A program made the translations under genes and the position numbers. The notes under the pieces are model-generated. The model worked only from the letters and a program-made list of their open reading frames with translations. It was not told where the DNA came from and did no database searches. Positions 9,295 to 18,419 of a stretch of 64,000 nt of DNA are shown here, piece by piece; the first letter of the stretch is position 1, and every line of letters begins with the position of its first letter. The stretch spans positions 130,137 through 194,136 of the forward strand of contig WJMO01000006.1 of the NCBI GenBank assembly GCA_014727915.1, read 5' to 3'. Origin of the DNA: Candidatus Altiarchaeales archaeon (lineage in GTDB: Archaea > Altiarchaeota > Altiarchaeia > IMC4 > SCGC-AAA252-I15).

Positions 9295-10251
9295 TCATAT
9301 AAGGCCTAATAGCTTGCCCATGAAGAAAACATAGAAGAGGGTGAGCATCCACCCCTCCCACATCGTTACCTGCTTGTCCTGAACGATAAAGAAGGCGAGG
9401 ACTGTCGCTACCAGCATCAGGGGTATCCCCAACGCCAGCATCGACTCTGCAATAGCCAGGGTGCCGAACAAGCCGGACACCCCCATGACCAGGAACGAGT
9501 TGAATATGTTGCTCCCGAGTATGTTGCCCAAGGCCAGCTCTGCCTTTCCCTTCCGGGCCGCTGTGCAGGATACCGTAAGCTCGGGAAGACACGTGCCCAA
9601 TGCTATCGCACTCGCTGCCAGAACCCCCTTCCCTATGCCGAGGAACTCTGAGAGCACGACAACGGATTCGATTGTGTACTTCGCGCCCACGTAGATGAAC
9701 AACGCGCTCAACGCCAATGTCACCCACGTGAATTGCGTTATCCTGACCTTCTTGGCCTCCTTCTCCAGCTCCTTGACTTCGGGGCTCTTCTTCCTCTTCT
9801 CAACCGCGAAAGTATAGCCCACATATATCAAGGCACCTGCGAGGGACAGGAAAGCCTCCGGCCGGGTGAAGACCCCATCGTAGGACATCAACGCCAGGAG
9901 GAAGGCTGAGGCTGCGAATATTGGAAGGTCAACGTGTATCACCTCGAAGGTAACGTCCATCTTCTTCGCCAATATGGCGACTATGCCGAGTATTAGGAAT
10001 ATGTTCGCGATGTTGGAGCCGACCACCGTGCCGGAAACTATCTCCGAGCTGCCGTTTAGGACCGCTATCACGGATGATACCATCTCGGGCAGGGATGTGC
10101 CCACGCTGACTATCGTGACACCCACTATGAAGGCGGGAACACCGTAGAAAAGGCCTATCTTCTCGGCTGCGTCAGTGAAGTGCTCCGAAGATTTCACAAG
10201 AACGAAAAGGCTCGAAGCGAACACAACAACCCACAACAGCAGGTCTAGCAT
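9295..10251 (-). CDS. Na+/Ca2+ exchanger family (CaCA) antiporter
   Basis: 318 aa; two alpha-repeat signatures GTSLPEMVSSV and GTCLPELTVS. Confidence 0.8.
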   Translation of the reverse strand: MLDLLLWVVVFASSLFVLVKSSEHFTDAAEKIGLFYGVPAFIVGVTIVSVGTSLPEMVSSVIAVLNGSSEIVSGTVVGSNIANIFLILGIVAILAKKMDVTFEVIHVDLPIFAASAFLLALMSYDGVFTRPEAFLSLAGALIYVGYTFAVEKRKKSPEVKELEKEAKKVRITQFTWVTLALSALFIYVGAKYTIESVVVLSEFLGIGKGVLAASAIALGTCLPELTVSCTAARKGKAELALGNILGSNIFNSFLVMGVSGLFGTLAIAESMLALGIPLMLVATVLAFFIVQDKQVTMWEGWMLTLFYVFFMGKLLGLI

Positions 10252-10282
10252 GATTAATAATCGGGAGACAATAAAATATACG

Positions 10283-11380
10283 ATGGAAGAGGGCTCGGCA
10301 GCGGGTATTTTTCGCGTCTTCTATGATGTGATCCTGAGACCAGGGGAGACCTTGCGCCTGCAAAAGGGGCGTTCCACCTGGAAGAAGGGTTTAACCGCCC
10401 ACTTGGCCGCGGCTGCGGTGATGATATTCTTCCACCTGCACAGGCTGCTATATTTCGAGGATGGGCCCAGCGCATTGGTTGGGGTTTCAGCTTTCGCAAT
10501 GGCATATCTGGCATATTCCTTTTTGCAGCTTTCAGGGGTCTTGATAGCCCATCTTATCTCCAGATTGTTCGGGGGGCGGGGTAGACTTGTTGAGATGCTC
10601 TGGCTGACTGGAACCTATGCTGTGCCCTTGGCTTCCGCAGCCGTTGCCGTGGGAATGCTATCCAATATGTCACTATGGTTCATGGCCATAAACATACCTC
10701 TCCTGGCCTTCGCACTGTGCCTTGACATGATCGCCATAGAGGAAGCCCACGGTCTTTCAAGACCCAAGAGCGTTGGTGCTGTGTTATCTTCTTTCCTGAT
10801 GAAGTTCATAATATTCGCTATGGTAGCGTTCTCCGCGTACTCTGCCAGCCTTATGGCATTAAATTCGGGTTTCATGGGTTTGGACCGTGCGGTGAACGCC
10901 AACAACGTGGAGATATTGGATGTCGGTCAGGCATCGGATACGATAGAGTCTGGGGGATTGGCCTTCCACATGCCAGGGGGGTGGGTCGCGGATAGGGATT
11001 CCAAGGCCCTGAGACTGTTCGGTTACAGGTACTACGTGAAGGGCGATGCTGTTATTATGATTGCGGAGGGAGGCATCATCAGCGGGCTCCTTCCAAGTGA
11101 CGGTCAAGAGTACACTGGCGAATCCTGCAGGTCCATCGAGTTCGGCATGGCCTCGGAGCCGGGGGTGAAAGCAGCCGAGTACGTGGAATACGGGCTAGTT
11201 AGGGGTTGTGAGGCGAGGATGCCCGGGGGGGACGGCGGGGTGCAGATAATATTCCAGGGTGTTGTCTGCGAAGGCCATCCGATAACTTTGACAGTGGTAG
11301 CCCCGGACGACTCCAGCATTTCCAGCGAGGAGGCGGTGTCAGACTACCTGGATCTCATGGAGAGCATATCGTGCGTGTGA
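10283..11380 (+). CDS. Membrane protein with C-terminal soluble domain, hypothetical
   Basis: Track ORF starts at 10175 but overlaps the divergent CaCA start; ATG at 10283 or later is more plausible; several TM helices. Confidence 0.45.
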   Translation: MEEGSAAGIFRVFYDVILRPGETLRLQKGRSTWKKGLTAHLAAAAVMIFFHLHRLLYFEDGPSALVGVSAFAMAYLAYSFLQLSGVLIAHLISRLFGGRGRLVEMLWLTGTYAVPLASAAVAVGMLSNMSLWFMAINIPLLAFALCLDMIAIEEAHGLSRPKSVGAVLSSFLMKFIIFAMVAFSAYSASLMALNSGFMGLDRAVNANNVEILDVGQASDTIESGGLAFHMPGGWVADRDSKALRLFGYRYYVKGDAVIMIAEGGIISGLLPSDGQEYTGESCRSIEFGMASEPGVKAAEYVEYGLVRGCEARMPGGDGGVQIIFQGVVCEGHPITLTVVAPDDSSISSEEAVSDYLDLMESISCV

Positions 11381-11419
11381 AGGTCTGCTTTTAACCATTT
11401 CAACCAAATTATTACTAGG

Positions 11420-12214
11420 ATGGCAGTTGAAGGTCAAGGCCCCGGCGGAGGAGGCGGAGGTCAGGAGCCCATGGTAGAGAGATGCCCCACGGGGATAGAA
11501 GGGCTTGATGAGCTGATCGAAGGCGGACTGCCCAAAGGCAGGGTTGTGCTGTTAGCAGGGGACTGCGGGACGGGCAAGAGCATATTCTCCACACAATTCC
11601 TCTACAACGGGGCTGTGAATTACAACGAGCCGGGGATACTGTTGAGCCTTGAGCAGACTCCGGTAAACCTCAAAAAGGACGCCCTTAACATGGGCTTCGA
11701 CCTGGACGCGCTTGAGAGGCAGGGGAAGCTGGTAATAATCGATGCGAGCCTGTCGGGGCTTGCGTTCAGGAAGTTCAACCGAAAGTACACCATAAGCCCG
11801 CAGGAATTCAGCCTCGACAAGGTGATCGCCCTAATAAACGAGTCTGTCCAGCAGATAGGTGCCAAGAGGGCTGTGGTGGACAGCTTCAGCGCTTTGGAGA
11901 CCGTCTTGGAGGCCAGCTCCGCAAAGGGCGGTGACATACAGGAAGACCTGCGGAAGACCATCGTGGGCATAAACTACAAGCTCCAGAACATGAACCTCAC
12001 ATCATTGCTCATAGGGGATATGATAGGCGGCCAGATAAGCAGGTACAACATAGAGCAGTTCATGGTGGACGGTGTGATAACGCTCGACTATGTCACAGCC
12101 GGGGCTGACGCCGGCAGGCACCTTGTAATCCAGAAGATGCGGGGCACCAAACACAGCGAGAACATACACATGATAGACATAGAGCAGGGTAAGGGCGTCA
12201 TAGTCAAGGGCTGA
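11420..12214 (+). CDS. KaiC/RadA-like RecA-superfamily ATPase (single domain)
   Basis: PTGIEGLDELIEGGLPKGRVVLLAGDCGTGKS Walker A in KaiC-type context. Confidence 0.7.
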   Translation: MAVEGQGPGGGGGGQEPMVERCPTGIEGLDELIEGGLPKGRVVLLAGDCGTGKSIFSTQFLYNGAVNYNEPGILLSLEQTPVNLKKDALNMGFDLDALERQGKLVIIDASLSGLAFRKFNRKYTISPQEFSLDKVIALINESVQQIGAKRAVVDSFSALETVLEASSAKGGDIQEDLRKTIVGINYKLQNMNLTSLLIGDMIGGQISRYNIEQFMVDGVITLDYVTAGADAGRHLVIQKMRGTKHSENIHMIDIEQGKGVIVKG

Positions 12215-13391
12215 CGTCATCGGATAGTATCATGTTTACGTATGAAGCCCAGATGCCGTAGGCTACGAACAATACCGTGTAGTCGAACAGCCCCCCGAGA
12301 TATGATGCCAGGATTGACGGCGCCATCACCGTTGCTATGAGGAGGGGGACATAGTATCGGGTGTGCCTCATCTGCCGGAGGACATAGTAGGTGGGGGCTA
12401 TCAACAGTATGTAAGAGTAGTCTTTGAAACGTGGGACAGCAATCGCGTATACTAGGCATGACATTATTATGACCTGGAGCATTCGGTCTTCGCCGCCGCG
12501 TTCCATCAGGACCTCGCAGGCTCGGAAGGAGAAGCAGAGGACCGGGATTACCAGGAGGGAGTATATCGCCTCCGCAGGTATAGGCAGATGACCCAGTTTC
12601 GAGGAGACTTCTTTCGCGAAGGCATATGAGCTGGGGTTTATGGTGCCCCTCTCCCCGGGGGATGTGACGACAAACTCGGCGTTGTGCAGGTAGCCGCTGA
12701 AGGCCTGCGGAGCAATCACGTATGGTGCCAGTAAGTAGAGTGAGAAAGCAATGGCCGAAATCGCCAGGAGCTTCCAGTGGCGAGCGTCCCCCACGAAAAG
12801 TAGCAGAGCCAGGAATGCGAGTGGTGTGAGCTTGAAGGTGGACGCCAAAACCGTGAAAAACGAGAAGAGCGCGTATCTCTTCTGCAGGAGGAAGTAGAAT
12901 GCGGACCATAGAATCACCTGCTCGAACAATGATATGTTACCTGCGAAGACGTCCTTGAAGACCGCCTCATTGTAGGCCATCAGCCAGAACAGGTAGTAGA
13001 ATACGTCGACTTCACCGTGGAATATCCTCTTCCTCCATGAGAGGAACAGGAAGACCATTGCAGCGTATTTCAGAAGTAGATATAGTTCCTGTGCGAGACC
13101 CCAGTCTAAGACTGTGAATAGCCGGAAGAACATCAGGGTTGGAGGCGGGTAAACGTAGGGGTGGACCGTCTCCCCGGCCATTATCGCAAGCGTTTCTCCG
13201 TCATATGGGTCCAGGCCGTGGCTTTGGGCTTCCGCAGCCGCATAGTATCCTTTGAAGTCCCACTGGCTTATACCGCCCGAGAAGGAGAAGACAGTGAATG
13301 CGAGGAATACAAGGTAGAAGAGCAGGGCAGCCCTGGGCAGGTCCTTGTCGGATAATGGGTCATAAGAGTCCTCCAAAGCCAATGAAACCAC
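12204..13391 (-). CDS. Polytopic membrane protein, putative GT-C-like glycosyltransferase; paralog of 36641..37864
   Basis: 395 aa; shares long blocks with 36641..37864 (NISLFEQ, FKLTPLAFLALLLFVGD, PRFKDYSYILL). Confidence 0.55.
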   Translation of the reverse strand: MVSLALEDSYDPLSDKDLPRAALLFYLVFLAFTVFSFSGGISQWDFKGYYAAAEAQSHGLDPYDGETLAIMAGETVHPYVYPPPTLMFFRLFTVLDWGLAQELYLLLKYAAMVFLFLSWRKRIFHGEVDVFYYLFWLMAYNEAVFKDVFAGNISLFEQVILWSAFYFLLQKRYALFSFFTVLASTFKLTPLAFLALLLFVGDARHWKLLAISAIAFSLYLLAPYVIAPQAFSGYLHNAEFVVTSPGERGTINPSSYAFAKEVSSKLGHLPIPAEAIYSLLVIPVLCFSFRACEVLMERGGEDRMLQVIIMSCLVYAIAVPRFKDYSYILLIAPTYYVLRQMRHTRYYVPLLIATVMAPSILASYLGGLFDYTVLFVAYGIWASYVNMILSDDVSP

Positions 13392-13451
13392 CTTTGATGT
13401 GATGGTTCATCAATTGGGTCGGAATACTTAAATGCCATTAAAAAGGGCATA

Positions 13452-14576
13452 TTGCAATTATATACCATGCGGTGGTTGGTGGCGTCAGCTCTAGTTTTAT
13501 TCGTCTCGGGTTGCATATTCGAGGATCCGGTGATATCCGAGGCTGTTGAGAAGAAGGACCCGGGACTCTGCCTGACGCTCGAGGAATACAGGAGCAGGAG
13601 GGAGTGCTTCCACAAGGTCGCGGTGGCAGCCGGGGACCGGAGCATATGCGACGAATACAGCAAGGAACTCTACGGTGACGCCTGGCAGATGTGCCTTTCA
13701 TCGGTCGCAGTGGAAAATGACGACGTAAGCATCTGCGACAGCATCAACACAACCCTGCATAAGAGCGGGTGCAAGAGCGACATAGCGATAATGCGCAACT
13801 CGACAAGCCTCTGCGAACAAGCTGAGGAAGAACGTGATAGAGACGATTGCAGGTCGCAGATATCAATCAACACAAACAACGTAAGCCTATGCCATGAGGT
13901 AGAGAACGAGTTCACTAAAGACAATTGCATGGGAAAGCTGGCCAAGAAAAACAGCAATCCACAGTTATGCCAGCACATAGAAAGCCGGGTTATGCGGGAC
14001 GTATGCTATGATGAACTGGCGGTTGTTACAGACGATCCTGGGGTCTGCGATGGCATGAGCGAGGGCAATAGCATCGCATGCAAGGCAAAAGTCACCGGAG
14101 ACTCCGGCCTATGCGACAGCCTGGACCCCGGCAAGTTCAACGTCGACCAGTGCATATTGGACGCTGCCAGGAACTCCCTGAAGGAAAGCGACTGCGCTAG
14201 GATAGGGACCGAACACATGAGGCAGATATGCTACAATAACATCGGGGGGGCATCGGGCAGGCCTGAACTCTGCGACAAATCAGGAGACTTGAAGGGGTTC
14301 TGCCTGAAAGACGCCGCCATCTCAGCAGCTAATCCAGAGTACTGCAAGGGCATCAATGAGGTTGGACAGAGAGACAAGTGCATAACGGAAGCAACGGAAG
14401 CCTCCGACACCATGAAGGGATGCGACCTCATTGAAGACGACGAGCGTCGTGAGGACTGCATGAGCAACTGGGTGGAGGAACACCCGGAAGAGCAGGGGCC
14501 TATTTACCGGACGAAGGAAAGGATAAAGGAGAAGGTGGGGGAAGTGGTTGCCAACGCACTTTTGGGTGAGAACTAA
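13452..14576 (+). CDS. Lipoprotein built from ~28-aa cysteine-pair repeats
   Basis: Signal peptide with lipobox-like SGC; recurring spaced Cys pairs across ~300 aa; acidic. Confidence 0.55.
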   Translation: MQLYTMRWLVASALVLFVSGCIFEDPVISEAVEKKDPGLCLTLEEYRSRRECFHKVAVAAGDRSICDEYSKELYGDAWQMCLSSVAVENDDVSICDSINTTLHKSGCKSDIAIMRNSTSLCEQAEEERDRDDCRSQISINTNNVSLCHEVENEFTKDNCMGKLAKKNSNPQLCQHIESRVMRDVCYDELAVVTDDPGVCDGMSEGNSIACKAKVTGDSGLCDSLDPGKFNVDQCILDAARNSLKESDCARIGTEHMRQICYNNIGGASGRPELCDKSGDLKGFCLKDAAISAANPEYCKGINEVGQRDKCITEATEASDTMKGCDLIEDDERREDCMSNWVEEHPEEQGPIYRTKERIKEKVGEVVANALLGEN

Positions 14577-14869
14577 GCTTCGCCTTCGACTTTCTCTAGT
14601 GTCCCGTATTTTCCTGAAGAAATCTGCTTATCTCCCTTGTATTCCTTGCACCAGCCCTTGGTTATCTTTACAACGTCTCCCGGCTTGTAGCTGTCTATCT
14701 GGTCGTTCCACAGTGTCAAAACCGCGTTTCCCGTCTCGTCCTCGACCGTAACCTGCTGGACGAAGCCCACGCGGGTCTCATTAGGCTCCTTGACCTCCGT
14801 CACCTTGACTACGATCTCTTCCACTGGCGTCTTGTCTCTTAATTCCTGGATTTTCATTTTACTACACAT
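14573..14869 (-). CDS. OB-fold nucleic-acid-binding protein (SSB/RPA-like)
   Basis: 98 aa; beta-rich OB-like pattern (VTVEDETGNAVLTLWNDQ...GDVVKITKG). Confidence 0.55.
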   Translation of the reverse strand: MCSKMKIQELRDKTPVEEIVVKVTEVKEPNETRVGFVQQVTVEDETGNAVLTLWNDQIDSYKPGDVVKITKGWCKEYKGDKQISSGKYGTLEKVEGEA

Positions 14870-14923
14870 ATACTACTTCATCAAATAAAACCATTTATAT
14901 TGAACAATGACTAATTATGTTGC

Positions 14924-15109
14924 ATGGAAAGCTCTGAAAGCGGGAAAAAAGACAGATATAAGTGCAAAGTATGCGGTTACGTGTACGACCCAGAGAAGGG
15001 AGACCCTATTTCTAATATAAAGCCCGGAACAGCCTTCAAGGACATTCCAGAAGGGTGGACGTGCCCGGTTTGCGGCGTTGGAAAAGACCAGTTCGAGAAG
15101 ATAGAGTAG
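14924..15109 (+). CDS. rub: Rubredoxin
   Basis: [10 protein letters not shown]...W.CPVCG signature; TATA-like TTTATATT ~20 nt upstream. Confidence 0.85.
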   Translation: MESSESGKKDRYKCKVCGYVYDPEKGDPISNIKPGTAFKDIPEGWTCPVCGVGKDQFEKIE

Positions 15110-15157
15110 GTTACTCAGGGCATACCAGCCAGTATTTATGCACAGACAACAATAGAT

Positions 15158-15176
15158 AGTTTACAAAAGTAACCAT
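15158..15176 (+). promoter_or_regulatory. Conserved promoter motif AGTTTACAAAAGTAACCAT (copy 1), upstream of Dx-like/FDP operon
   Basis: Identical 19-mer at 18123-18141; contains inverted repeat TTAC-N4-GTAA; 55 nt upstream of GTG 15231. Confidence 0.5.
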
Positions 15177-15230
15177 ATTTTGAGTGGGTGGTGTATTCAT
15201 CCAATTTCATAGCAGATGGAGGTGACCTAA

Positions 15231-15443
15231 GTGGCCAGACAAGGCGACAGACACAAGTGCGGAGTATGTGGCGTGGAGATCATATGCGTAGAAGGCTGCG
15301 GTTGCAGGAAACCCCGTCTGGTATGCTGCGGGAAGGCGATGAGGAAAAAGACAGGCCGGAAGACAGTGAAGAAGAAGGCCGAGAAAAGCGTTAAGAAGAC
15401 CGCTAAGGCCAAGATTAGGAAGGCGGACAATAAAAGGATATGA
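15231..15443 (+). CDS. Desulforedoxin-like (CxxCG...CC) protein with lysine-rich C-terminal tail
   Basis: GDRHKCGVCGVEI...LVCCGKAM matches desulforedoxin Fe(Cys)4 motif; ~30-aa K-rich tail; GGAGGTGA SD 7 nt upstream of GTG. Confidence 0.6.
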   Translation: MARQGDRHKCGVCGVEIICVEGCGCRKPRLVCCGKAMRKKTGRKTVKKKAEKSVKKTAKAKIRKADNKRI

Positions 15444-15449
15444 GGGCGT

Positions 15450-16640
15450 ATGATGGCATGGGAGATGAAAGACGGGATACATAATGTCGGAGCGGTGGAC
15501 TGGGACAGGAGATTGTTCGACGAGCTGATACCACTGCCCGACGGCACAAGCTACAACGCATACCTGGTGAGGGGAAGCGAGAAGACCGCGCTCATAGACA
15601 CGGTAGACCCAACAAAAGAGGATGAGCTGTTCGAGAACCTGGAGAGAACAGGAGTGGACCGGCTGGACTATGTTATACCCAACCACGCTGAACAGGACCA
15701 TTCGGGGACGATACCCAAGGTCCTGGAGAGATACCCAGAAGCAAAGGTAGTGACCAACGGAAAATGCAAGGAGTTCCTGATTGACCTGCTGCACATACAA
15801 GACGACAAGTTCCAGGTGGTGGAGGACGGCGAAACCCTCTCACTTGGGGACAGGACGCTTGAATTCATAATAGCACCGTGGGTCCACTGGCCCGAGACCA
15901 TGCTCACATACCTAAGAGAGGACAGGATACTCTTCTCATGCGACCTGTTCGGGTCCCACCTGGCAACCAGCGACAAGTATGTGAAAGACGAATCCAAGGT
16001 GTTGGAAGACGCCAAGAGATACTACGCGGAGATCATGATGCCCTTCAGAAAGCTGATCAACGGGCATCTGGAGAAGCTGAGGGGATACGACATCGAAGTC
16101 ATAGCAGCCAGCCACGGACCATTGTATGACAGGCCTGAATCCATAATGGAGGCATACAGGGATTGGACCTCAGACGACGTTAAAAACGAGGTGGTGATAG
16201 CGTACGTGTCGATGCACGGAAGCACCGAGAGGATGGTTGAACGCTTCGCCAACACCCTTATCGAGCGCGGCATCCGGGTAAGGCCGTTCAACCTGGCCGG
16301 GTCTGATGTGGGAGAGCTTGCTATGGCTCTTGTGGACGCTGCAACCCTGGTTGTCGGCACCCCAACGGTCCTGGCAGGACCGCACCCCGCAGCCGTTTAC
16401 GCGGCATATCTCGCGAACGCATTGAGGCCCAAGACACGGTATGCGACGGTCATAGGATCATACGGGTGGGGGGGAAGGACAGTGGACCAGGTCAAGAGCA
16501 TGCTGCAGAACCTTAGCGTCGAATTCCTCGAGCCGGTGATAGTCAAAGGGCTTCCGAGAGCGGATGACATGAGAGAACTCGACCGGCTGGCAGACAGCAT
16601 ACTTAAAAAGCACCAGGAACATAACATCATAGGTGAATAG
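15450..16640 (+). CDS. fprA: Flavodiiron protein (metallo-beta-lactamase + flavodoxin domains)
   Basis: 396 aa; diiron site HAEQDHSG; C-terminal flavodoxin-like domain. Confidence 0.85.
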   Translation: MMAWEMKDGIHNVGAVDWDRRLFDELIPLPDGTSYNAYLVRGSEKTALIDTVDPTKEDELFENLERTGVDRLDYVIPNHAEQDHSGTIPKVLERYPEAKVVTNGKCKEFLIDLLHIQDDKFQVVEDGETLSLGDRTLEFIIAPWVHWPETMLTYLREDRILFSCDLFGSHLATSDKYVKDESKVLEDAKRYYAEIMMPFRKLINGHLEKLRGYDIEVIAASHGPLYDRPESIMEAYRDWTSDDVKNEVVIAYVSMHGSTERMVERFANTLIERGIRVRPFNLAGSDVGELAMALVDAATLVVGTPTVLAGPHPAAVYAAYLANALRPKTRYATVIGSYGWGGRTVDQVKSMLQNLSVEFLEPVIVKGLPRADDMRELDRLADSILKKHQEHNIIGE

Positions 16641-17117
16641 GTGCCTGAAATGGAAGGGGAAGAACTGCGTAAGAGCATACAGGAGTACATCGAAGGGCAC
16701 AACGTCTGCACCATAGCGGTGACAGACGGCGAGAACCCCTCGGCCCATACCATGTACTACGTGAGCCACGGCATCCACATATACCTGGAATCAGACCCCA
16801 ACTCCCAGAAGATACACGTGCTAAATGCAAACCCCAGGATATCATTGACCATAGACGAGGACTACCAGGACTGGAGGCAGATAAAGGGCATACAGCTTTT
16901 CGGACGCGCCAACCTGACGGACGAAAGGCATGCCCCAAGGCTTCAGGAAGCCTTCTCGAGGAAGTTCCCCCACATAAACGACCTCGGAGGCATACCCAAT
17001 CATCACATCTTCATAGAGGTAATACCAGAGAAGATATACTACATGGACTTCACTGAAAAGTTCGGGCAGAGGAACATATACTACGTTGACGAGAAAAAAT
17101 CCGTTATAAACTGGTGA
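16641..17117 (+). CDS. Pyridoxamine 5'-phosphate oxidase-like FMN-binding split-barrel protein
   Basis: 158 aa; PNPOx-like pattern; ATG overlaps upstream stop. Confidence 0.6.
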   Translation: MPEMEGEELRKSIQEYIEGHNVCTIAVTDGENPSAHTMYYVSHGIHIYLESDPNSQKIHVLNANPRISLTIDEDYQDWRQIKGIQLFGRANLTDERHAPRLQEAFSRKFPHINDLGGIPNHHIFIEVIPEKIYYMDFTEKFGQRNIYYVDEKKSVINW

Positions 17118-17177
17118 CCCGTCAGTTACTTGACCGTAACCCTTGCATTTATACGCCTGTAAGACGGATAATGACCT

Positions 17178-17822
17178 GTGAAAGAGGGACTGCCGCTTCT
17201 CGCGTTGCTTGTCATATTCTCAGGGTGCCTTCAGACGCAGGTAATAGGGTTGGACGGGGTTGAAGTCCGGGACTACGAGGGCAAGGACCTGTCCTCCATA
17301 AACGACTTCAGGGAGAACTCCATCCGGGGGCCGCAGCAAATAAACGCAAGCACATACAGGTTGGAGGTCACTGGATTGGTCGACAACCCGGGGGAATACA
17401 CCTACGAGGACATCCTGAACCACCAGCGATACTCCAAGATAGTAACCCTATACTGTGTTGAAGGATGGGATGTCACCATACTATGGGAGGGAGTGCTCGT
17501 CAGGGACCTGTTGGAAGAAGCGGAAGTCATGCCGGAAGCCGACACCGTGATATTCCACGCCCAAGACGGTTACAGCACGTCACTGCCCCTCAGCTACTTC
17601 ACGGAAAACGACATAATACTCGCCTACAGCATGAACAACGTCACCCTCCCGGCGGAGCGGGGGTTCCCCTTCCAGCTTGTCGCAGAGGACAAGTGGGGAT
17701 ACAAGTGGGTGAAGTGGGTTACTGAAATCGAGGTTTCGGACGAGCCGGACTACAGAGGATACTGGGAGACCCGCGGATATAACCAGGACGGGTCCGTTGA
17801 CGGCCCCGTATTCGAGAGATGA
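17178..17822 (+). CDS. Molybdopterin-dependent oxidoreductase (sulfite oxidase/MsrP-YedY family), lipoprotein
   Basis: Signal peptide + SGC; Mo-ligand context LYCVEGWDV. Confidence 0.7.
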   Translation: MKEGLPLLALLVIFSGCLQTQVIGLDGVEVRDYEGKDLSSINDFRENSIRGPQQINASTYRLEVTGLVDNPGEYTYEDILNHQRYSKIVTLYCVEGWDVTILWEGVLVRDLLEEAEVMPEADTVIFHAQDGYSTSLPLSYFTENDIILAYSMNNVTLPAERGFPFQLVAEDKWGYKWVKWVTEIEVSDEPDYRGYWETRGYNQDGSVDGPVFER

Positions 17823-17852
17823 GCTTAAATAGACAGCATCACATTCAAGACT

Positions 17853-18062
17853 ATGGCAGTGGCTGAGATCGCATACGCGGAATTCGCGGGCGTTGCGTTG
17901 ATAGTCTGGTCCGGGATATCCTCGCTGGCCCTGGTGGTTCTGACCGCCCTAACGGGCAGGAACTTGCTGCCTGTGAAATACCACAGGAAGCTGGCTTTTG
18001 CTGCGATCTTCTTCGCATTTGGCCATGGCATCCTGGCTGCAGCCGCAAACCTTGGGCTCTGA
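17853..18062 (+). CDS. Small membrane protein (2 TM), hypothetical
   Basis: 69-aa hydrophobic ORF directly after the Mo-oxidoreductase gene. Confidence 0.35.
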   Translation: MAVAEIAYAEFAGVALIVWSGISSLALVVLTALTGRNLLPVKYHRKLAFAAIFFAFGHGILAAAANLGL

Positions 18063-18122
18063 ACAAGGTAACCAATAGGATACCCCAAGGTTTATATTGG
18101 ACAACAACCAAATAGAGAATGC

Positions 18123-18141
18123 AGTTTACAAAAGTAACCAT
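18123..18141 (+). promoter_or_regulatory. Conserved promoter motif AGTTTACAAAAGTAACCAT (copy 2), upstream of glutaredoxin/TrxB operon
   Basis: Identical to 15158-15176; extended similarity (acaacaa...tagag) on the 5' side; ~42 nt upstream of ATG 18183. Confidence 0.5.
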
Positions 18142-18182
18142 GTCTGGTTTTATATGTGTTAAAAGAAGTAGGTGATGCAAGT

Positions 18183-18419
18183 ATGGACAAGATAAAAGTG
18201 TACTCGACCCCGACATGCCCCTGGTGCAAGAAGCTGAAGGGATGGTTGGACGAGAAAGGAGTCAAATACGAGGACTTTGACGTCTCCTCAGACCACGAGG
18301 CAGCCCGTGAGATGATAGAGAAGAGCGGACAGATGGGAGTGCCCCAGACAGACATCGGAGGCAAGGTCATAGTGGGATTCGACCCGGACTCCATCGAGAA
18401 GGAATTAGAAGATGCATGA
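18183..18419 (+). CDS. Glutaredoxin/NrdH-like thiol-disulfide oxidoreductase
   Basis: CPWC active site; ATG 18183 preceded by GGTGA; track start 18156 is probably too early. Confidence 0.75.
   Translation: MDKIKVYSTPTCPWCKKLKGWLDEKGVKYEDFDVSSDHEAAREMIEKSGQMGVPQTDIGGKVIVGFDPDSIEKELEDA

Noticed and set aside
12217-12909. 230-aa minus-strand ORF overlapping 12204..13391 in another frame
   Set aside because: Arg/Pro-rich low-complexity translation; the overlapping frame has a clear paralog at 36641..37864.
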